Positions 25,498 through 37,147 are shown, counted from the first letter of the stretch. The stretch: DNA of 64,000 nt from Selaginella moellendorffii (GCF_000143415.4 NW_003314270.1:680453-744452), one strand, 5' to 3'. Made by a program: numbers and translations. The notes: a model not told the origin generated them from the letters alone.

Positions 25498-26612
25498 TCG
25501 GGACCGAGACCGAGACCGAGGCCGAGGCCGAGACCGAGCCCGAGCCCGAGTCCGAGTCCGAATCCGAGTCCGAGTCCGAGTCCGAGTCCGAGTCCGAGTC
25601 CGAGTCCGGAGCCTGAGAGGGTGAAAGCCCAAAGCGTTCGTCTCCCAGACCCTGGGGGGTTTGGTGAGCTCCAAAAGTATAGTAGGGGGAGGACTGCAGT
25701 GGAGCCAGTTTGGCCAGGAAAGGCCAGTTTGGCCCAGGAAGGCCAGACCCAGTGTTGGGTGATGAACTGACCACTGGGAAGTCCAAGACTAGAGTGAATA
25801 CGGACCGACAAGCGGGGTAGCTTGGTGAAGTGTTCAAGAGCCGGCTCTAGTTCCCCCGGGAGATCGACTGGCCGATGCTCCCAGTCCAAGTGTGGGTGGC
25901 ACTACCTACTTGGATACCAGGCGTGGCTCAACGGAACCTCGCTCTAAGCCCATGGCTAGAGCACCTAAAGGCGAAAGGTGGGGAGAGTACCCAGGTGGCT
26001 CGCGTAAGGCCACGGTGTTCCGAAATGTCGTCCCAAAGGCCCAGACTGTGGAAAGGAAGAGGAGCAGTCCTCTGGGGTAGTGATTAAGGACACAGTCGTG
26101 TGGTGAGGAAGTCCCAGAGGACCGTGGGACTTAGTGGTCGGGCCTGTGGGCCTCGATCCAGTGGCAGTGTTGGCAAACACGGCCAGGGGCAGAAAGGGAC
26201 TTGGTAGGAACTGACAAAGGGACTTTGGGGAAGGCGATTCCCCAGGTCTGTGGGCATCCTAAGGATGCTAAGGAGTGGATCCAGGATGACCCCTTGTAGA
26301 CAGATGGCCCAGTCTTGGAGAGACGGGATGGTGATGCAAGTGGTATTGGACCATTTGCGCAGCAAAGGTGAATGGGCATGGCCTTAGCGTAACGAGCCGA
26401 GATGTCAGTGGTACCTTTGGGTGTCGGTCATGGGATCGGACACGTGGAGCACTTGGACCAAGTGCAAAGGTTGAGTGGCATGGATGCCATTCTCGGGGCT
26501 AGCAAGCCCCAAGTCCTGAATGGGACTTATGGAGGTTGTGAATGAGATTCCTCCAAGTGGTCGGAGGTGTGGTTAAGTGACTAAAGTAGAATGGAAAAAT
26601 TAGTAGCTTACA
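24832..26612 (+). repeat. 5' LTR (1781 bp)
   Basis: Begins TGTGAGACAC, ends GCTTACA; nearly identical to 30666-32336 outside the VNTR. Confidence 0.95.
25056..25608 (+). repeat. Compound VNTR in the 5' LTR (11/12-mers GA[G]T/CCCGAGATG, then 6-mers GAGACC/GAGGCC/GAGCCC/GAGTCC)
   Basis: Directly visible tandem units; they produce the spurious low-complexity ORFs in all six frames. Confidence 0.95.
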
Positions 26613-26615
26613 ATT

Positions 26616-26627
26616 TGGTATCGGAGC
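26616..26627 (+). other. Primer-binding site (tRNA-iMet type)
   Basis: TGGTATCGGAGC just after the 5' LTR; one mismatch to the canonical TGGTATCAGAGC. Confidence 0.9.
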
Positions 26628-29600
26628 TGTTCCTTAGTCCGACTTTTATTGGTGCTCAAGTATATCACCACTAGTGTTGGCATCGGAAGGTCCGAGGAGT
26701 GGGCCTATCCTTGAGGAGTAGCAAGTCGGGAAGACATGGCTCTCCATTACAGTTCATGTGTGAACTTGTAGACGAGGTGGTGGATGGAAAAGGGCCAATA
26801 ATGGAACGACTTTGGGATCTTGGGAACAGTGCAAGGTTTTCCTCATTGAGTTGAGGATGTGATCCAGATGAGCATTTGTCTGAGCAAATTGGCTAAGGTT
26901 GTTGTGGTAAACAACTAAAGTTGGGATCACGGGAAAGATAGAGACTCCAAAACAATAAAGGAGTCACAAGATTATCCTCATATAGTTGAGGTTGGTGCTC
27001 ATGAATGTGAGGCCAAAGGTAATGACCGTGGAAGGTCAAATACGGAAGAGGACTCAAGTCCTTGAAATGGTAGCCGGGGCTACCTTTAATAAATGCTGGA
27101 ACAACCCAAGGAGTTGGGGGGTGTACTTAGAGATGAGTGGTATTCTCATCACATGGACAAGTAGTCCTAAGGGGCAAAAGTTGCCCCCAGAGAACAAAAT
27201 CAAGTGTCGGAGTAACACTTGTGAAAATAGTCCTTTTGAGTAGGACAGGAATGCAAGAAGTGTATTCCAGTGAGCTAGTGCCTCACAAGTAGGACCTTAC
27301 GGGTCTGTGGATTAACCAAGTCCAAAACTGCTGGATGACTCAAGTAGAGTCAACGGATGGTCCTAAAAGGACTGATGGAAGCATTTGGACTGAGGTGTGT
27401 TGTACCCCACAAAGGATGGGGGGAGGATCATAGGATCCAAGGATGAGAACAGAGGGTATCTCATCAATGGCAGAATGTGCCATGCTAAAGTTATGGGAAA
27501 GGTGTTCCCAGAAGAAAACAACTTTGACATAAAGTTGTGTGTGACCTCTATGGTGCAGTGCTAACGGATGGTTGGCATAAGAAAGAGCGGTGTTGGTCTT
27601 GGCAAAGACTTAGACACGAAGGGGAAATGTCATAGAGGTGGGCTCGTGGAGCCGATGGTGTGGAGACACCAAATGTGCCAAGGTGTGACACCTTGAGGCT
27701 AGGTTGGTGGGTTCATGAGAACCTCTTGCCAAAGGAATCCCAATGGAAATGGGAATGGCATAGCCTAAGCTGCAGGGCATGCAGTGGAGTGTGGTGACCC
27801 AGATAATGATGGAGGTGTGAAAGCACCAAGCAATGAGTTGTAGGACTTGACAACTATGAGGCAACTAAGCAAGAGGTGCAAAATAACTGGTTAAACGGGT
27901 AGAAGGTAGCTACCCAAGACTTCTTAATAGCATAAAGAAGTCGGATATACCCTTACGGGGGATAAGTTGCTTATGTTGCGATATAGTAAGTCAATGTCAT
28001 AAAAGGAAATACTCATTGTCAAGAAAGCCATTATTGGGACACCCGGACACTCTAGAACACCAGAAGGTGGTGTTTGATGTCGCGAGGGCAATGGATAAAG
28101 CCCAAGGGACTAAGTCCCTAGCGAATGATGGATAGAAGGTGCTATCCAAATGTCCAAGGTTGCGGAGACAGGAGAGGACTGTCTACCCGAGTTGGACAAA
28201 GCCAAAAATGGAATTTTGGCAAGGCTAGTGATGGGCATGTAAAGGCCCATAAGCAACAATGTAATCCCAGTGTGTGGGATTATAAGGTGAGCATACCCGA
28301 ATTGAGGAACCACTCCCTAGGCTATTGGGTAGGTTCATCCCTAAGAATACTTGCTAAGGCATGATAGAAAGTGCAAAACTATCCTCCTAGTCGGGAGGAG
28401 AATGACCAAAGGAAAGGTGTGAAGCCAAAAAGCAAGAAGTAAGGGGATAAGAACCGAACCATAGGAATCAAAGGGCATAACCAAGGTTGGTTATGCCAGC
28501 TGGGAGTGGAGAATCAAGTGGGGGCTCAAGGGTGTTGCCGCTAGCAACCGTGATGCCATGGAGAGTCTAAAATATGGAATTGTCCATGTTAGACTATGTG
28601 GCATTTGGAAGGCTTGCAAAAAGGGAGGCCTTAGCAAGCTGAGGGACAGAGTTCCTTCAAGGTTCCCAAAGACGATTCTAGGTAGCTTAGTACCTAGAAA
28701 GGCCAAGTATAAATGGTTCATGGAACGCGCGAAATCAAAGTGGCGCAGCAGAAGCGTGGTCTTGAAGCTTGCCATGAGGCAAGGCTATCAAGGTTAGGGA
28801 AGTAGTTCCCGAGTGTTCAAAGAGAGGGCTTTGAACGAAAGTCGATGGTCAAGGACTTTCACGCTTATGCAAGAACCATATTACAGTGGTCGGAGGACTT
28901 GCCAAGCGAGATTGGCATGTCGGGGGAACAAATACCCTAGTTGAAGGTGATAACTTCAAAAAGGGTGGGCCATGGGGCCGAGCATGGAGGAGTCCATGCA
29001 TGATCACAGACATGTCAAGTGAGAGGACTTGGCAGTGTGGAGGAACTAGGTTCCTAAGCTGTGATCTGTAGCGCGCTTTAAAAATAAGTTGGTGCACCGG
29101 CGTGGGGAGTCACGTCAGGCATCTAGTGTGATGCCGTCCGTAGATGCATATACGGAGGTTGGGTTCGAGTCCCGACCCTCTAGTGCTTGGGTTCGAGTCC
29201 CAAATCACTAGGGCGTGGTGATGGTTTGGAATATGAGGACACTCATATTTCGGTGGTCATGGACTCTCAGTGGGGAGACTGGTTTGGGCACACCGCCAAG
29301 CGAGGGATGCCTCGGAGTCGTGATGCACGGTTAGATTGCTTAGTGTGAAAGCTCAGCATATCTAACTTGAACGCTTTGGTGCAAGTGGCACCAAGGTCGT
29401 GGTGAGTGAGATGGGGACACCTAATCTCAGTTGCTATGAACCCTTGGCCGTAAGGGCTGGCTTGGGTGCACCGCCAAGTGTGGGGGATGCCCCCGGGGTT
29501 ATAGTCAACAACTTGGAGGTCTAGAAAACCAAGTACCTCTTGGCAACTCTGTTAAGGTGCCAAGGTGAGATCACTAGGTGATCTTATGGCCAGATAAGGA

Positions 29601-30665
29601 CAAGGTCCTTGGTTGGCTAAGGAATGAAGCTCCTGGTTCAAAATGTTGAAATTGAACTGTTTAAGGTGGTGTGGCTTGGTCGTGATAACCAAGTGGGAAG
29701 AGCACCTAAGGGAAATAAACTATGTCCGTGCGATGGCATAGTGAGTCCGAGGAAAGTAGTCTCTATAAAAGACCCATGGGAGGGTCACGAAGTTGGGCCG
29801 TGGATAGAGCCCATAGCAGAAGATGCTAAAGAGACGTACTAGGGGTGAACGTCCTCCGGACTTGGCAAAGAAGAGTCTTTGCTGTGGAACCGAAACAATA
29901 CCTCAAGGAGGGAGGTAGAGATTTGATGTTGCTTGGTGCAACAATCAACGGATAGGAGCAAAAGATGAGTGGCCAAGATAGGGCCGTGGAATCCCTTGGA
30001 AGGAATCCAAGTGACAAAGTTAGGCGAGGAACACTAATGTGTTGGACGCTAACAAGTTGCAGGAAAGGAAGTGTGTTTCCAAGGAGGGATTCCAAAAAGC
30101 TCCAAGTTGGCGAAAGTGGAAGCTCCAAGGGAGGGAGCGGTAAGGTAGCCAAATGATAGGGCCATGAACAGCCCTAGCACAAAGTATGATAACTGGAACT
30201 TTGGCACGAAATAGAAGAGAGGATGATGGTGCCCTCGAGTAGAGAACTTCCTAGGATGGGAAGTGGAGTTGCACAAAAGGTGCAAGGCAAGGTGTCGGAG
30301 ACACCTAGGAAATTGACTCCAAGAAGTCAAAAATTCAAAGTTCCAAAGTGCAAAGGTTATATCGATGGAAATTGAGACTACTCGAGAAGGAGTAGTGGGA
30401 TTGACTTAGAGAAGGGTCTTTAAGAGGTTTAGCGAGAACTAAACCAATAAAAGGATGAACCATTACATGTGGTCCAATCAGTCTCTAAATTGGAGAGACT
30501 ACGCTCCTTAAAGGATGGACAAGGCATGGTGAGCCTTTGATGTCAAACCATAGACAAAGATTGGCTAGGTGCCAAAGATGGAAATGGTAACACATGTGGG
30601 TGTTACTTTATGAAAGGGTTTACCGTTCGATGAGGACATCGAACTTCGTCTATGGGTGGTGGAGT

Positions 30666-32336
30666 TGTGAGACACAAAATCCCTAGGCCCCAAAGTGGAG
30701 CCGGAAAGGGTGCCACGTGGTAGTGGCTGAAGCGAGAGCCAAACGAGCGTAACACGTTTGGACCAAAATCTCCGACTTGAAAAGTCAAGAGCGGGAGTGG
30801 AACTCCCAAAGAAGGGCTCGAGGAACAAGCATGAAGCGAGCAAAAAGCGAGGCTCCAAAAAGGGACCCAAAAGGACCAACACATGACACGTGGGAGTGTC
30901 CGAGATGGACTCGAGTTGGAGTCCGAAGTGGAGTCCAAGATGGACCCGAGTTGGAGTCCGAAGTGGAGTCCGAGATGGAGTCCGAAGTGGAGTCCGAGGT
31001 GGACCCGAGATGGAGTCCGAGGTGGAGTCCGAGATGGACCCGAGATGGAGTCCGAGATGGAGTCCGAGATGGAGTCCGAGGTGGACCCGAGATGGACCCG
31101 AAATGGAGTCCGAGATGGAGTCCGAGATGGAGTCCGAGATGGAGTCCGAGATGGACCCGAGATGGACCCGAGATGGAGTCCGAGATGGAGTCCGAGATGG
31201 AGTCCGAGATGGAGTCCGAGATGGAGTCCGAGATGGAGTCCGAAGTCGAGACCGAGACCGAGCCCGAGCCCGAGTCCGAGTCCGAATCCGAGTCCGAGTC
31301 CGAGTCTGAGTCCGAGTCCGAGTCCGAGTCCGGAGCCTGAGAGGGTGAAAGCCCAAAGCGTTCGTCTCCCAGACCCTGGGGGGTTTGGTGAGCTCCAAAA
31401 GTATAGTAGGGGGAGGACTGCAGTGGAGCCAGTTTGGCCAGGAAAGGCCAGTTTGGCCCAGGAAGGCCAGACCCAGTGTTGGGTGATGAACTGACCACTG
31501 GGAAGTCCAAGACTAGAGTGAATACGGACCGACAAGCGGGGTAGCTTGGTGAAGTGTTCAAGAGCCGGCTCTAGTTCCCCCGGGAGATCGACTGGCCGAT
31601 GCTCCCAGTCCAAGTGTGGGTGGCACTACCTACTTGGATACCAGGCGTGGCTCAACGGAACCTCGCTCTAAGCCCATGGCTAGAGCACCTAAAGGCGAAA
31701 GGTGGGGAGAGTACCCAGGTGGCTCGCGTAAGGCCACGGTGTTCCGAAATGTTGTCCCAAAGGCCCAGACTGTGGAAAGGAAGAGGAGCAGTCCTCTGGG
31801 GTAGTGACCAAGGACACAGTCGTGTGGTGAGGAAGTCCCAGAGGACCGTGGGACTTAGTGGTCGGGCCTGTGGGCCTCGATCCAGTGGCAGTGTTGGCAA
31901 ACACGGCCAGGGGCAGAAAGGGACTTGGTAGGAACTGACAAAGGGACTTTGGGGAAGGCGATTCCCCAGGTCTGTGGGCATCCTAAGGATGCTAAGGAGT
32001 GGATCCAGGATGACCCCTTGTAGACAGATGGCCCAGTCTTGGAGAGACGGGATGGTGATGCAAGTGGTATTGGACCATTTGCGCAGCAAAGGTGAATGGG
32101 CATGGCCTTAGCGTAACGAGCCGAGATGTCAGTGGTACCTTTGGGTGTCGGTCATGGGATCGGACACGTGGAGCACTTGGACCAAGTGCAAAGGTTGAGT
32201 GGCATGGATGCCATTCTCGGGGCTAGCAAGCCCCAAGTCCTGAATGGGACTTATGGAGGTTGTGAATGAGATTCCTCCAAGTGGTCGGAGGTGTGGTTAA
32301 GTGACTAAAGTAGAATGGAAAAATTAGTCGCTTACA
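30666..32336 (+). repeat. 3' LTR (1671 bp), VNTR at ~30897-31332
   Basis: Preceded by an imperfect PPT (GGGTGGTGGAG, ~30654-30664) and followed by the TSD CTCTA. Confidence 0.95.
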
Positions 32337-32341
32337 CTCTA

Positions 32342-32670
32342 TTAGTTAAGTAAAGGAATCACATTATATGTTAAGATTGACATTTAGCAGGTTTAATTTG
32401 CCTTTGGTTAGGGTAGGGTGTCAAAAGAGTAGAGCTCTCGACTTTCATTCATGAGGGAGTGAACTTATAAAAAAGTGTGGTGAATTGTAAACAATCAAAA
32501 GGAACAATGTAAAGAAAAGGTGTCGTAGGCTAAATGATCTCTGAAACCATGACCAGAATGATAAAGAGTTCATCGGATGAGACCGTGTTCGAGATCAAGT
32601 CCGAGATGGAGTCTGAGATTGAGTCTAAATATTAATATAGGTTATGGGGTGAAAGCCCAAAGTGATCATC
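32342..32670 (+). mobile_element. Remnant of an older related LTR element (host of the nested insertion; its LTR end and PBS are at ~24791-24812)
   Basis: AGCTTACA-TTTGGTATTGGAGC just left of the insertion; on the right, GTCCGAGATGGAGTCTGAG...GGGTGAAAGCCCAAAG matches the young LTR. Confidence 0.65.
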
Positions 32671-32744
32671 CCATAAGGGGGGGGGGGGGGGGGGGGCGGG
32701 GCCCGGGGGAGGGCTGCAAAGGGTTCCAAAAGTTTTAAAAAAAA

Positions 32745-33209
32745 AAAATTCCCAAGTTCATAAGATCCCTCCCAAGATGGAAAGGGGGGGATAAAGTTTT
32801 GGAAACTGGAGGAGCAAGGGCCAGGATTATTACCCTGGGCAAGAAGCACATGATCTTTCCAAAGGGAGAACTTGGGAGAGTCCTTTCCCCCCCCCCCCCA
32901 AAAAATCTTTGGCAATATTGACAGTATTGCCATGAATTTCATTCATTCCTGGAGGTATAACCTATAAGTTCGAGAACAAAGAAAGAAGCACATATCAGAA
33001 AAATGGAGTTACCACCATGGGAGGTGCCATAGGAATTCAATCCCTTCTTTGCTCTCCATGGTGATCATGTTGGATGAAAGCTCTCATGAGAGAGTTCTAG
33101 TGTTCCACTCCTCCATGGTCTGGAACATCAAACAAGCATTTCTGCTGCATAGAACTACGTCCAAGTTGCAAGAGAAATAGGTGTGGATCTTCTTTCTTCC
33201 AGGTTCTTG
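32745..33209 (-). repeat. Right arm of the ~460-bp inverted duplication
   Basis: Reverse complement of 23932-24395; degrades into homopolymer runs toward 32676. Confidence 0.85.
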
Positions 33210-35869
33210 ACATGCTTCAAAAATTATCACAAGAGTACTCATTGTATAACTTATTGTTACATGGTTTAAATAGAAGGCCTTCTTAGATTAGGGTTTTGAA
33301 GCTGTGGTGGCAGCTGGTGGCATCAAGATATTTTACAGTTGCAAAATCGAGTTTGAACTCATTTATAGGGATCAGAGACATGACTCATGAGACATGTGAT
33401 ACCCAATCTTTGGACTGTGGTGTTGACTCCCTTGAACAAGGTGTTGCAACGTTGAATACAGGGTTGGAAAAAATTCTCTATCTTGGATACTAAAATAGGT
33501 ATTTTCAAATATATTCAAGAATTGTTCTTTCCTAATTTCATTAAGTTTTAGATCTAATACATTAATTTTATGCTTTTTGGATGGTTATGATTTTCTTAAC
33601 AACAATAGTGATAAAATCACAATATACAAAGTGGCAGTGATATTAGGGATTGCAACATACCTTTTGATCAACTCCAGCTTCTAAAGAATGTCAAGGCCAA
33701 GACAAGTTTCATGGATTTTCAGGATTCAAATTCTACTGCTATTAGGGTGATACTGTTTGCAGATTAAAACTGGAAAGAAAAACTTCTAGGGTATGACTTC
33801 ATACATTTCTCAGAAGTTTCCAGTTTATGGCATAATTATGTATGTTTGTTTGCCTTTTACAAGTTTGAACTTTAGGAATTCAAGGAGCCAAAATTTTAGT
33901 TCTCTAAATTATATCCTAATAAAGTGAAAATTTATAAACAAGTAACCAAAATTTACCTTTACATAATTTTTTCTTTTGACATTGAAAGTTCGATCCGTTG
34001 CTGATTCAAGCTTGCACCTACAACAACTAAAAAACCATCCCAAGCAATGGAGGTTGGTGAGAAAGATTTTATGGAGCATCCCATGCAGTATTTTAGCTCT
34101 AGATAGTGTGCTTTTTACAGTTTTTTTAAAGTGATTCATCTTTGTAATAAATTTCAAAATGAGTCAATTATTAATTTCTCCACATGAAAAATTTAAAAGT
34201 AATTATGTAAAATTATAAACTATATTTAGATGATAAATTATGATTAAATGAGACCAAATATGACAAATTATAATTATTGAATGTCAAATTATATTTGGAA
34301 GGATGATAAATTATATTGAAAAACACTTCACGGTTTAAGGTTTTTAACTGCACTTTTGATCCTAGAGTTGGGAGAGCATTGGAGGAGGAAACAAGTTTAA
34401 CACAATTCCTATAGTCACAAGTGAGGAGAATCCAAACCAGGTACTTAGAGAGTGATAATTCTTTTGCAAGGGTTTGGATTTACTCTTGTAGGAAGTCACT
34501 TGGAATAATTGCTCATGTTTGCTTGCATCCAAATTGTAAGTAAAAAGTTTATCTTCACATCAACAATCATCGAGCTAAATGCCACAGTATGCCACCAATA
34601 TCATCATTGTTGAAAGGGGCAAAACATAAAGTTCTTACTATGGTATTTATGAGAGATAAAAGCCCACTTGTCTCCATTGATTGCAAAGAGAACTAGAAGT
34701 GATGTAGTGACTTACTTGAAAAACCAATTTGATTGCAAAGTGTAAATCTAAATTTACTATTTCATATATAAATGAAAGTTGGTTGAGAAAGATCAAAAAA
34801 GTTTTTGGTAGAGTATATCAATATAAGCATCAAGCTTGATCAAGAATGATGGGATAACAAGTATCCACATCCAAACTCAAGTACATAATATAATTTTAAC
34901 TTTTAAGTTTATCTTTTTTTTTTACAGATGATCCTCCTACTAAAGAGAAGATAAAAATCATGTATGACTTCTTTCATGTAGAAACACTACAAGATTCATT
35001 ACTAACCTCACAACTTTATGAGGATACTAGTGAATCAGTAGATGTGAAAAAGGGCCTAACCACTACTAATGTAGATCATGACAACTTTGTCAAATAAAGA
35101 ATTTCAAGCATCTGGATATACTAAGGAGGAGTATGTCACTCAAGAAAGTACTCTTACTATTACATCTAACTGTCTATATCAAAGCAAATGTCCTAAGATA
35201 AAGAAGAAAGTATACCCCTTAAAATCTCTTAAATATATGTCATTGCTAATTGGTTTGTATTTAGTAGTCTCAAATATATTGGATTGGTCTTTTTCCCCAT
35301 AGTTGTATATATATGTATATATACACATGCATACATACATATATATAGTCACAATTTATAGTCTATGGTTATAGTTTATCATAGTTTTTATATATTTTAA
35401 AATTAAAAGGTATAAATTATTTTTAAGCTATATCTTTGTTATACATATAAAAAATTACCATATAACAACTAGAAATAAATCAAATTACATTTTATAATTT
35501 CTCCTATTGCAAGGTCTTCATAAAACCTTTAAGTTATGTGTACTTCTGAAGTGTTATATATACACAACACTTGATATGTTCATAGTTACTATATCATATG
35601 TATTAGATTAAAAGTCATGTTGAGTTTAAAAGAAGTACTATTAAAGGTTAAAACAATGTGGATAAGATTTTGTATTGTAAGTGCTTTGTGATAGCAATTT
35701 GTTGGGGGAGGTACCCCTCCCAAAAGGGGAGGTATACCTGGGGTGGGTGGCCTAATAAAAAATTATACAAACCCACAAAATATATAAAATAAAAACACAT
35801 GTTTGTTTGAATTGTTGTAATACATATATGTATAATATTTGAACACAAGTTTCTTTTCAATGCATGAGT

Positions 35870-37147
35870 ATTCATTTGTGTTAGCATGAAACTAACAATT
35901 TTTTCACAGCCGCTCACACAAGGTTGAACCCAATCAAGGTTAGCGATATCCTTCAAGAGGAGGCTCAAGCAGTGGCAAACACATCTGCCATGAACAATAT
36001 TTGGAAACTCCTCCTTCATGAAATCCCCCATGTGAACAAAGTTGGAGCCATTATCAATGATCATTTGAACCACATTCTCAACTCCAACCTCCATGAGAAC
36101 AAGCCTCAACTTCAACCACAACCAGAGACCGGTTTTCTTCTCCTCCAACGCATCAAACAATTTCAGAAACACTGATCCATGAATGCTCACTGCCATCACA
36201 TTCACAATGTTTCGTTTCCTTGAGCATTGCCAACTATTAGTGACAATCGTGCAGTCAAATTGCTTCCAGCCTTCACGCACAACATCTAGCCTCAAGTTCA
36301 AGCTTTCATACTCCTCATTCAAATGTTTCACCCAGATCGCTTCATACTTTGGAGACACTGAGAAATAGCCCGGACCAGCTTTCCCCACAGCACTGAGCAT
36401 CTCTTTCCAATACGGGCTGTTCACAACATTGAAGGCTTGTGCAGTTTAGTAGATGAACCTGCGAACAACAACATCTGCATCAATGTAGCTCCGGTTTTGC
36501 CATGTTGTATGCAGGCTTTGTTGTCTGCCAGCAGCCATGCCCAGGCCTAGTTGCATCCCCCCACTAGAATTCATAGGACCTGACATGTTGCTGCGTTGTT
36601 GCCTGCTAGAAAGTCCTCCAGAGAGTGCTTGCCCTGTCTGGGCATCTGCTGCATTATTATCATTCGAAGCAGCAGAATCCATTGTTGCAGCTAGGGATTG
36701 TTGACTTGGAGCATTACTACCTAGAGGAAATGAAGATGTTACATGAGTCACAATCGGTGGGCAGGTAGCAGAAGCTGATCTCCGGAAAGGAGTCTTGAAA
36801 ATCTCCCCCTTGATGTTCACATATTGGGCATTTGCAGTGCAGATAGCAAGGCCATCTTTTTGTGGTGGTTCACAGTGATGATAATCACTAAAGAACTTTG
36901 TTCACATCTCATTGAGCACATTCAAGGGCACCTGATTGCAACAAACCTCAATCTCTTCCCCCGGGACCCTCCCTACATGCGCAATCAATCTCTTCAGCAA
37001 ACCAGATTTCAACTCATTGCAAAACTTGCAAGTCCAAGGGCCTTGCCCGTGGCCTTGCTCGTAAGCTGCACCGCAGATAGTGAATCGATCCCACAAGGAG
37101 TTTCGTCTTTTCCCTGGACAATCAGAAGAGGTGGCTCGGCGAGCCAT
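35870..37147 (-). mobile_element. hAT transposase, N-terminal half (BED finger + DUF659), disrupted
   Basis: WTCKFCNELKSGLLKRLIAHV (BED finger); FNVVNSPYWKEML...CTIVTNSW...IIDNGSNF...RCVCHCLSLLLKDI; frameshift near 36440 and truncation at ~35870. Confidence 0.88.

Larger units (their letters stand above)
24832..32336 (+). mobile_element. Non-autonomous LTR retrotransposon (LARD-like, probably Ty3/gypsy-derived), structurally complete and young
   Basis: TG...CA LTRs at 24832-26612 and 30666-32336; 5-bp TSD CTCTA (24827-24831, 32337-32341); tRNA-iMet-type PBS; purine tract before the 3' LTR; 4-kb internal region with no long ORF. Confidence 0.95.

Noticed and set aside
25056-25608. CRISPR-like array
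   Set aside because: Contiguous tandem units with no unique spacers, in a eukaryotic LTR context.
29100-29211. Genuine tRNA gene
   Set aside because: A T-arm-like hairpin is present, but there is no convincing acceptor stem, D-loop/A-box or 7-nt anticodon loop; kept only as a structural finding.
24794-31613. Long low-complexity ORFs (GLGLGL, RTRTRT, SDSDSD, WSPRWSPR) in both LTRs
   Set aside because: By-products of stop-free 6/11/12-bp tandem repeats; open in all six frames with no domain signal.
24832-32336. Retrozyme (hammerhead ribozyme in the LTR)
   Set aside because: I found no CTGA[T/C]GA...GAAA core with the required stems by eye; an Infernal search would be decisive.
32676-32900. 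Functional G-quadruplex / poly-G tract
   Set aside because: Homopolymer inflation relative to its inverted partner looks like low-quality read sequence.
33230-35640. Possible degenerate gene or TE
   Set aside because: AT-rich with only short ORFs and no recognisable motif; cannot be supported.
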